DNA from: Propionivibrio dicarboxylicus
Lineage (GTDB): Bacteria; Pseudomonadota; Gammaproteobacteria; Burkholderiales; Rhodocyclaceae
Direction of reading: 5' to 3'
DNA length: 32,000 nt
Assembly: GCA_945902805.1 (NCBI GenBank)
Contig: CAMDMZ010000039.1
Location: 308-32,307 of the forward strand
Positions 17,355-25,300 of the stretch are shown here, one piece after another (the first letter of the stretch is position 1; each line of letters opens with the position of its first letter). The translations under genes and the position numbers were made by a program. Below the pieces are notes generated by a model. That model ran no database searches and was not told the DNA's origin. It was given only the letters and a program-made list of their open reading frames with translations.

Positions 17355-18016
17355 GCTGTCTTGCCGGCAACGCGCCCGACACCGATGTAGCCCATGCCGA
17401 ACTGCGTCGGACTCATGTGCCACTCTTCCAGCAGCGGTGCGACGCGATCCCAGGGCTCCCGCAACTCCCCCGGCGCCCCGTTATAGCCGTGATTTTTGAG
17501 GTAAACCCAAAAATTCAGCGGCGTCAGCCAGCCGCTAAAGAACTTGATGCCGGCAATGGCGATGCGCGCCTGTGGGCGGGCGCAGGCCAGCAGGCGGGAT
17601 AGCGCCAGCGGCGAACGCAGGACATCATGCGTGTAGTGAAACAGCAGCGCATCGACGGGTTCGGGTAACACCAGATGCTGCGCGGCGGTTTGGATCAGTT
17701 CGACATTCTCCCAGCCGTGTTCCGCAACCCGCCGCCGGGCGATGGCCAGCATGTCGGGACTCTGGTCGATGCCGAAAATCCTGCCGCTCTCGCCCACGCC
17801 GGCACGCAACAGTGGCAAGCTCAGCCCCGTCCCGCAGCCGACATCGAGCACGCGCTGCCCGCTCTGCAATTGCAGGGCGGCGATGGTGCGTTCACGTATC
17901 GACCAGGTTGGCTCGCAGGTGGCGTCGTAGCCGCTGGCATGCTTGCGATACTTCTCGATCGAGCGCGCACGAATCGTCTCGTCAGGGATTGTCAGCGGGT
18001 CATCCGGTTTTTCCAT
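17351..18016 (-). CDS. class I SAM-dependent methyltransferase
   Basis: Motif I is VLDVGCGTG. 221 aa. The stop overlaps the start of the downstream transferase. Confidence 0.75.
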   Translation of the reverse strand: MEKPDDPLTIPDETIRARSIEKYRKHASGYDATCEPTWSIRERTIAALQLQSGQRVLDVGCGTGLSLPLLRAGVGESGRIFGIDQSPDMLAIARRRVAEHGWENVELIQTAAQHLVLPEPVDALLFHYTHDVLRSPLALSRLLACARPQARIAIAGIKFFSGWLTPLNFWVYLKNHGYNGAPGELREPWDRVAPLLEEWHMSPTQFGMGYIGVGRVAGKTA

Positions 18017-18148
18017 CGACCGTATTCTGGCGTACGGCGTTAGTAATGCAAAGCCGACGAGTCGTCAGTTCGCGCCACCCGCCATCAAAGGTCCATTGCT
18101 TCGCCTGTCTATCATTACCGCCAGGCGCTCGAAACACGCCGTTTCCCG

Positions 18149-19345
18149 TTAATCGGGTCGCCCATCGGCACGCGGCCGGGTCAGGAAGGGAACGTAGCGG
18201 TAGAGATAGAAGGCAAACGCCAGCGTCCAGCAGGTCGCCGCCAGATGGATTCCGCCCAGCGCCGCTGCGGGTAGAGCCACCAACGACAACACCCGTGCCA
18301 GCGCCGCCACCATCACCAGGCTGTAGGCCGTCGTTTCCACCCAACTCGCATTCAGAAGCCGACCGGTATGGCCGAGCGCCGTGCGCGTGATCATGCCGAT
18401 GATCAGGCCACCAGTGGAGCCAATCCCGAAAGCATGGATCGCCGCCGGACGCGGTAGCCAGTTCAGCTGCACCGCCGCCAAAAGCAGCAAGCCCAAGGGA
18501 ATCCACAGATAGGCCAATTGGAGAATCCACACGATAGGCACGCGCAAGGTCAGCCATGGCTTCCAGCTCAGGGCGCGAGCCAGTTGCAGGCCACCGGCCA
18601 CCAACGAGACGGCCGCCGCCCACTGACCGGCACCGAGCACCCAGAGCAGCAAGGCCGCGCCGGTCGCGGCGATGGCCGCACGATTGAGCCACGCCGGTTG
18701 TACCAGCAAGACCTGTTTCCCGAGCGCCATGCGCAGGCCGTTCTCGGTGAAGTTGGGAATGACACGTCCGCCCATCACGGTTTCAAGCATCACGATCAGG
18801 CCGAGGGCGAAGTGCAAAGCGGCCAAGGGATCAAGCGCCACCACACCCAATCGCGCCAGATGGAACATCAGGTTAGCCAGACTCAAGGCACTGAGAATGA
18901 CCAGCATCACATAGTTGCGCTTGGTACCAGCCCGCACCAGCACCCGCCCCAAAGCAAGGGCGGCGAGGGGCAGAAACAGCACATCGATCAGCGCCGCGAC
19001 CATGCCGTTACTGGTCAACAGGGCAATCCGACCGGCCAGCCAGAGGCTTGCCAACAAGGCCAGCGGCACTCCGCTGGGGGTTGGCAAATTGGTCCAGTTG
19101 CGCCCGGCGGTAAACAGAAAGCCAACAATCACTGCGGCCGCAAAGCCGAAGATCATTTCATGCGCATGCCAGAGCAAACCCGGCAGCGGCAATTCCACCG
19201 CACCGCTGAGGTTCAGCACCCACAGCGGAATCGCCACACAGGCAAACAAGGCTGCGAGCAGGTAGAACGGGCGGAAACCCAAGGCCAGGATGGCGACGCC
19301 CCGCGGCCGGGCCAGTTTCGGCTCGCCGATTTTCATAACGGCCAT
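18149..19345 (-). CDS. nnrS: NnrS family haem/copper membrane protein (NO-stress associated)
   Basis: About 12 hydrophobic segments. The N-terminus ..ILALGFRPFYLLAALFA..PLWVL.. and conserved His positions are typical of NnrS. The start overlaps the stop of the upstream cd1 gene (TAATG). Confidence 0.8.
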   Translation of the reverse strand: MAVMKIGEPKLARPRGVAILALGFRPFYLLAALFACVAIPLWVLNLSGAVELPLPGLLWHAHEMIFGFAAAVIVGFLFTAGRNWTNLPTPSGVPLALLASLWLAGRIALLTSNGMVAALIDVLFLPLAALALGRVLVRAGTKRNYVMLVILSALSLANLMFHLARLGVVALDPLAALHFALGLIVMLETVMGGRVIPNFTENGLRMALGKQVLLVQPAWLNRAAIAATGAALLLWVLGAGQWAAAVSLVAGGLQLARALSWKPWLTLRVPIVWILQLAYLWIPLGLLLLAAVQLNWLPRPAAIHAFGIGSTGGLIIGMITRTALGHTGRLLNASWVETTAYSLVMVAALARVLSLVALPAAALGGIHLAATCWTLAFAFYLYRYVPFLTRPRADGRPD

Positions 19346-20967
19346 TAGTGACTGGTCCCTTCGGAACGGCTGATCTTGTTAAACAGGTTGTACTTGCCGA
19401 CGGGCTTGTCCATCGGAATCCGCTTCACTTCCTTGAAGGTCGCGGCATCAAAGATGATCAGCGCACCGCCATCGGCCTTGCGTTCCCACAGGCTGGCCAG
19501 GGCGTACTTGCCGTCACGCGTGAATTCAACGTGTGCCAGCGTCTTACCCGGATCGGTCTTAATGTCGGCGACGCGCTCCAGCGAGCGCTTGTCGATCACC
19601 TGCAGCGTGTCCTTGTTCGTCTTGTCCATCATCGAATCGGTCCACGCATACGGCGTATTTTCGTGCGAACGCATGAAGAAACCCGGCCCGAGCGTCGGAA
19701 TCTGTTTGATGGTCTGCCAGTTACCAAGGTCGATGACCGACAGCAAGCCCTCCTTCAGGTTTGGCGTTGCCATCACGCGCCGCCCGTTCCAGTCCCAGGT
19801 GATGCCAGAACCCAGATGCGGCATACCAGGCAACTGCAGATCGGCAATTTTCTTGCGCGCATCCAGATTGACGACCTGCCCTTTGCCGCCTTCACGCGCG
19901 GCCCCCATCAGCTCGGAATAGTCCTGGGTGAAGAAAAAGTCGTCCAGCGGCTCGGACAGGAAGGTGCGCTTCGGATTCAGGAAGCCACTGATGAAGGCAC
20001 CTTCCCTGTATTGAAAATCGTGCACCATGCCGTTCGGAATTTCGTCGGTCTGCGGGTTGTAGCTGATCTCCCAGACTTCGGGCACATCTTTCAGGGCTGC
20101 GACAAAGCTTTGCCGTGGCGCGGCATCGTAGATCGCGGAAACACGCGACGACTCCTTGCCATCCTTGGTTTTGACCGCATGCACCTTCAGTAGATTCAGA
20201 TCGGCGTCGAGCAGCACCAGCGTATGCGGCAGGTAATTGGCCACCGCAACGTACTTGCCGTCGCCCGACACCGCCACGTTGCGCGTATTGATGCCGGCGC
20301 GAATCTCAGCCACCACTTTAAGATTCCACATGTCGAACTTGCTGATCCAGCCGTCACGCGAAGCAAAGAACACGTAACGCCCGTTCGGCGTGAACTTCGG
20401 ACCACCGTGCAGCGCATAGCGGCTGGGGAAGCGATGGATCGGTTCCAGTTTGTCGCCGTTGAGCACCGTCACATGATGGTCCCCGGTTTCCACCACCAGG
20501 AACATATTCATCATGTCCACGCCCTTGAAGATGTCGGCGGGACGATCGGGCAAACCGCTGAAATGGACGACGCGCGAGGCCTTGATCGCCTCCTCTGGAA
20601 AAGTCGGTGCTGGCGAGACGGCGGTGTAGATGTAATTAACCAGTCCCTCGATCTCTTCCTTGCTCAAACGATCGGAAAAACCGGCCATCTGCGTCGCCGC
20701 CCTGCCCTCGCGTATGGTCTTGATCGCCTCGGGCTTGCGTAAGCGTGCAAGGCTTTCGGGGAACAACGCCGGCCCGGTGATGCCGAAACGATCATGACCA
20801 TGACAGCTAGCGCAATTCAGTTGATATAGTGCGTCCGCACCGTCTAGCGTCCGTTCGGGCTGAGCTGGTCGAAGCCCGGCACGCCCTTCGACGGGCTGAG
20901 CCTGACCGGTGGCGGCGACGCACAGCAAGGCCGTCGCAACAGCAAATATGTTCAACATCGGATTCAT
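19345..20967 (-). CDS. cytochrome cd1-family protein (c-haem domain + d1-type beta-propeller): NirN-like (dihydro-haem d1 dehydrogenase) rather than canonical NirS
   Basis: ATG at 20967 overlaps the nirJ stop (ATGA). Signal peptide. CASCH haem-c motif. Long propeller region ending ..GKYNLFNKI... The canonical NirS blocks VNVKETG and KTHP(K/N)S are replaced by AALKDVPE and MRSHENT. It lies directly after nirJ, as nirN does in published nir clusters. Confidence 0.7.
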   Translation of the reverse strand: MNPMLNIFAVATALLCVAATGQAQPVEGRAGLRPAQPERTLDGADALYQLNCASCHGHDRFGITGPALFPESLARLRKPEAIKTIREGRAATQMAGFSDRLSKEEIEGLVNYIYTAVSPAPTFPEEAIKASRVVHFSGLPDRPADIFKGVDMMNMFLVVETGDHHVTVLNGDKLEPIHRFPSRYALHGGPKFTPNGRYVFFASRDGWISKFDMWNLKVVAEIRAGINTRNVAVSGDGKYVAVANYLPHTLVLLDADLNLLKVHAVKTKDGKESSRVSAIYDAAPRQSFVAALKDVPEVWEISYNPQTDEIPNGMVHDFQYREGAFISGFLNPKRTFLSEPLDDFFFTQDYSELMGAAREGGKGQVVNLDARKKIADLQLPGMPHLGSGITWDWNGRRVMATPNLKEGLLSVIDLGNWQTIKQIPTLGPGFFMRSHENTPYAWTDSMMDKTNKDTLQVIDKRSLERVADIKTDPGKTLAHVEFTRDGKYALASLWERKADGGALIIFDAATFKEVKRIPMDKPVGKYNLFNKISRSEGTSH

Positions 20968-22115
20968 GCTGCGATCTCCTCGTCGGTCAAATAGCAGCCC
21001 GGATCTTCGGCCCACGGGTTGCCCGTGGTTTGCTGTGCCCGCACCCGCGTGTTGCCACCGCAGATCGCCCGATCAACGCAGGTCGCGCAGCGCCCTTCCA
21101 CTTTGCGCGGCGTAGCCTTGAGCCCCGCCAACAGTGGATCGGACAAATCCTGCCAGATGGTCGAGAACGGCCGCTCGCGCACATTGCCCAGATTGTGATG
21201 CCACCACATGGTGTCCGGATGCACATTGCCCAGATTGTCGATATTGGCGACATTCACGCCGCTCGAATTGCCACCCCATTGCTGCAGCTTGGCGCGCAGT
21301 CGCGGCACCATCTCGGCTGCCTGATCGGGGAAACGGCTACGCACCCAGTGCAGCAGATAGACGCCGTCGGCGTCGTTATTGCCCGTGGTGTAGTCGCGCA
21401 ACAGCCCCTTCTGTTGATGCTGCCAGCACGCATCGAACAACAGGTCCATCGCCTGCCGTGTCATCTGGTGCTGGGCATCGTCCTTGCGATTCTTGTTGCC
21501 GCGACCGGCGTAATTCAGGTGCGAAAAATAGAAGCGCGGAATGCCTTCGGCTTCGACCAGTTGCAGCAAGCCAGGCAGATCGTGAAAGTTGTCCTGCGTC
21601 AGGGTAAAGCGCACGCCGACCTTGAGGCCGGCCTCCTGACACAAGCGTATGCCCGCCAGCGACAGATCAAACGCCCCCTTCAGGCGGCGAAACTTATCGT
21701 GCGTGGCGCCCAGGCCATCGAGGCTGACCCCAACGTAATCGAAACCAATTTCGGCGATTTTGGCGCACTGCGCCGCATCGATCAGCGTGCCGTTCGAGGA
21801 CAGAGCAGTGTAGAAGCCCATGCTCTTGGCACGGCGAGCAATCTCGAAAATATCCGGCCGCAGCAAGGGTTCGCCGCCGGACAAAATCAGCGCCGGCACC
21901 TTGAAGCCCTTGAGATCGTCAAGCACGCGAAACACTTCCTCGGTCGACAATTCGCCAGCAAAATCTTTATCGGCCGAGATCGAATAGCAGTGCTTGCAGG
22001 TCAAATTGCAGCGCCGGATCAGGTTCCAGATCACCACCGGTCCCGGTGGCTTGCGCGCCAGCCCGAGTGGCGTCGGCGCGGCGATTTCCTGCATGTAGTG
22101 TGAGATTCTGAACAT
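20964..22115 (-). CDS. nirJ: haem d1 biosynthesis radical SAM protein NirJ
   Basis: The MFRISHYMQEI.. N-terminus is as in known NirJ. CxxxCxxC seen as CNLTCKHC. C-terminal Cys cluster (CATCVDRAICGG). I chose the ATG at 22115 because the track start at 22163 is a TTG lying inside the FNR box. Confidence 0.85.
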   Translation of the reverse strand: MFRISHYMQEIAAPTPLGLARKPPGPVVIWNLIRRCNLTCKHCYSISADKDFAGELSTEEVFRVLDDLKGFKVPALILSGGEPLLRPDIFEIARRAKSMGFYTALSSNGTLIDAAQCAKIAEIGFDYVGVSLDGLGATHDKFRRLKGAFDLSLAGIRLCQEAGLKVGVRFTLTQDNFHDLPGLLQLVEAEGIPRFYFSHLNYAGRGNKNRKDDAQHQMTRQAMDLLFDACWQHQQKGLLRDYTTGNNDADGVYLLHWVRSRFPDQAAEMVPRLRAKLQQWGGNSSGVNVANIDNLGNVHPDTMWWHHNLGNVRERPFSTIWQDLSDPLLAGLKATPRKVEGRCATCVDRAICGGNTRVRAQQTTGNPWAEDPGCYLTDEEIAA

Positions 22116-22149
22116 GGCGCTATTGAAGCGAATTGGGGAATGCGAAGCG

Positions 22150-22163
22150 TTGATTCGAATCAA
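22150..22163 (-). promoter_or_regulatory. FNR/Dnr/NnrR-type box TTGAT-TCGA-ATCAA (perfect palindrome) upstream of nirJ
   Basis: Exact match to the consensus TTGAT-N4-ATCAA. The centre (22156.5) is 41.5 nt upstream of the A of the nirJ ATG (22115). A TTCAAT -10-like hexamer sits at -12..-7 relative to that A. Confidence 0.8.
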
Positions 22164-22228
22164 GTGAACGCGCTAAGAGCAACGCCGCGAGTGTGACTTA
22201 CGGGCAACCTAGGGGCACCTTAACGTGA

Positions 22229-22290
22229 AACCACGCCGTTCGTGGTGAGCTTGTCGAACCACAGCCCTTCGACAGGCTCAGGGCGAACGG
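22229..22290. repeat. REP/MITE-like imperfect palindrome in the kinase-nirJ intergenic region
   Basis: CCGTTCGTGGTGAGCTTGTCGAA..loop..TTCGACAGGCTCAGGGCGAACGG: 19 of 23 positions pair. It resembles a dispersed palindromic element I recall from many proteobacterial genomes. Only one copy is in this window. Confidence 0.5.
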
Positions 22291-22321
22291 GTTCATTAAC
22301 AGGGGGCAGCAACCACGACGG

Positions 22322-25300
22322 TTAGGGACGACCCGGCGCTTTCAGCCCTTCGATCAGCGCATCAATTTCACAGAGTCCGGCAGCCACATGATTCAGACGC
22401 TCGACGACAGCAGGCAACAATTCAAGGCAACGGCTGTCATCGCCCGCCTTCGCCGCCTCCAACAGTGCCACTGCCGCGTCTGCCAGTTCGGTGGCACCGA
22501 GTGTATGCGCAACGCCTTTGAGCGAATGTGCCACGCGTATCCGGGTCTCGCTGTCGCCACTATTGTGCGCGAGCATGAATTCGCCTTCGAAGCTTTGCGC
22601 CACCCGATCGCGGAACTGCTTCAGTACGCGCAACATGAGCGGCAACCGGCCATCGACATGGGACAGGCCGAGATCCAGATCAATCCCCGGAAACTGCAGA
22701 CCCGGAAGCCCGTCCAGTTCCGTTTTAACCGGCATTGCCGGCGATCCGGGTTTGGTCGTCTTGTCCGGGAAACACTGCACCATGCGCTCGTAAAGCTGTT
22801 CCATGCGCAAGGGCTTGGCAACGTGGGCATTCATTCCCGCTGCAAAGCATTTCTCCTTGTCGGTCGCCAGCGCGTTGGCGGTGAGGGCGATCACCGGCAG
22901 GTTTCGCGTGGCCGGATCGGCGCGTAGCTGCCGTGTTGCCTCATAGCCGTCCATCACTGGCATGTGACAATCCATCAGAATCAGGTCCGGACGCTTGCGG
23001 GCCACCTCCTGCAAGGCCACGGCACCATTCTCGGCCAGTCGCACGGTGATGCCGACGCCGGCCAGCAGTTCCATGATGACCTCCTGATTGACCTCGACAT
23101 CCTCCACCAGCAGGATGTCAATTTCACGGAAGCGCGCCCATTGCAACTTGGCCGCGATGCGGCGGTCCTGGACTGGCTCCGGCGCCTCGAAGACGCCAAG
23201 GCAGCGGGCGAGTTCAACGTAGAGATGGCGTGCGCTGACCGGCTTGGCCAGAAGACCATCGATCTGATGGCCGACCTCGCGCAAGTCATCGTGATGACTG
23301 TAGGCCGTCACCAGCAACATGGGTGGCGCGGGTATCTGGCGCACGGCAAACACCTTGCGCAGTCGGCGAATGGTTTCAATCCCGTCAACCTCGGGCATGC
23401 GCCAATCGATCAGGCACGCCAGATAGTCGGGAGCATCGGCAACCACCAGTCGTTCCAGCGCCGCCTGACCACTGTCCAGCACCTCGACCGTCAAACCGGT
23501 CTGCATGATCATGCGTTCGAGAATGACGCGAGCCGTGGGATTGTCATCGACCAACAATATCGGGCGATGTGCATGTTCGGCCAGTTTCTCCGCCAGCGAG
23601 GCAATGCCCAGCCGCCGGTCAAGTCCGGCCGTTTCAAAAAGCACCGTTAAATGGAAGGTGCTGCCAACGCCCGGTGTACTCTCGACCCAAAGGCGCCCGC
23701 CCATCAGTTCGATCAGTTGGCGCGAGATCGCCAAACCGAGGCCAGTGCCGCCATAGCGGCGGGTGGTGGATGCATCCGCCTGGGTGAATGGCTGGAACAG
23801 ATGGGTGATCTGCTCGGCGCTCATGCCGATGCCTTCGTCGCTGATCGCGAAATGCAGTTCGGTCTGCACGCCGTCACTACTCACCTGCTCGACCGTGACC
23901 ACCACGTTGCCATCCGCCGAAAACTTGAGCGCGTTGGTGACGAGATTGGTCAGAACCTGGCCCAGACGCGTCGGGTCGCCCTGCAATAAAGAAATATCGC
24001 CACGAATATCGTAGGCGAGTTCGATGCCTTTGTTTTCGGCACGTAGGGCGACGACATTCGAAAGGTGCGCGAAGACGCTATCAAGGGCAAAGGGAATCTT
24101 CTCGATCTGCATCTTGCCAGCCTCGATCTTGGAAAAATCGAGAATGTCGTTGATGATGTGCAGCAGCGAATCGGACGCCGTCTTGATCTTCGAAACATAG
24201 TTCGTCTGACGCTCATTCAGCGCGCTGGCGAGACACAAATCGGCCATGCCGATGATGGCGTTCATCGGTGTCCGGATCTCGTGCGACATATTGGCGAGGA
24301 AGGTGCTCTTGGCCTCGCTCGATTCCATCGCCGCCTGCCGCGCCTGCTCCAGATCGTCCAGCAGCTTGCGCATCCGCGTCACGTCGCGGGCAATGCCGAG
24401 CACGCCCAGGATGGCGTTGTCCTTGCCGCGCACGGGGGTCTTGATCGTTTCGAGCAATGCCCGATGGCCATCATTCAGATAGGTCACCCATTCCTCGATA
24501 GTGACGGGAGTATCACTGGCCGTGGCGGCCCGGTCCTGCTCGCGGAACGAGTCGGCGACCTCCGCCGGGAAAAAGTCGTAATCAGTCTTGCCGACGATGT
24601 CCGCAGCCGGCGCGCCCAAGAGCTTTTCGAACGCCGGATTGCAGGAAAGGAAGACGCCATCGTTGTCCTTGACCCAGACCAGATCAGGAATCGCACTCAG
24701 CAGCGACTGCAACAGACCACGCTGATGCTCGGAGTGTTCGAGCTCTTCGGCAACCGCCTGCGATAGCTGCAACACGCGCTGCTCGGCCTGATGCTGATCG
24801 GTGATATCCAGGAAGCTCCAGACGCGGCCGACGATCTGGTCACCGATCCGTTGCGGATGCGACGAGCGGAAGAAGGCCCGGCCGTCCTTGAAATAGAGCT
24901 GGTCGTGCGAACTGTCCAAGGGGCGTTCATAAAGCTCCCGCACCTTGTCAAGAAACTGTTGCGGCTCTTTCAGTTGATCCAGAACATGCGCCAGCAGCGC
25001 CTGGTCGTCGCGCGTGGCGAGCATTTCGGCGGGAATCCGCCACATATCGGCAAAGCGCTTGTTGCTCAAGGTCAACTGGCCATCACGGCCAATGACCAAA
25101 ATACCGTTATCGGTCGCTTCCAGTGTCGCCTCGACCAGCGACAAGGCCTGTGACAATTCGGTCGTGCGCTCTCGTACCAGGCGCTCAAGGTTATCGCGAT
25201 GGGTACTCAACTCATCCAGCAGCACCTTACGCTCGGAAATATCCCGCACGCTGCCCACCATCCGTAGTGGCTGGCCAGTAGCGTCGCGCTCGACCACATG

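Noticed and set aside
17572-18692. Overlapping 272-aa (+) and 230-aa (-) ORFs spanning the methyltransferase/nnrS intergenic region
   Set aside because: Both are Arg/Pro/Gly/Ala-rich and run through well-supported genes in other frames or on the other strand. They have no motifs, starts or RBS of note.
19345-21015. Calling the cd1 protein the nitrite reductase NirS, and using the upstream start at 21015
   Set aside because: Canonical NirS signature blocks are absent and the gene follows nirJ with an ATGA overlap, so I call it a NirN-like cd1 family protein instead. The upstream 16 codons overlap nirJ and precede the signal peptide.
20829-22103. 424-aa plus-strand ORF antisense to nirJ
   Set aside because: It has no motifs, and nirJ on the minus strand has the radical-SAM CxxxCxxC and a conserved N-terminus. 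This is an antisense GC artefact.
22116-22163. TTG start at 22163 extending nirJ by 16 codons
   Set aside because: The TTG lies inside the FNR-box palindrome, and the extension (MIRINASHSPIRFNSA) precedes the conserved MFRISHY N-terminus.
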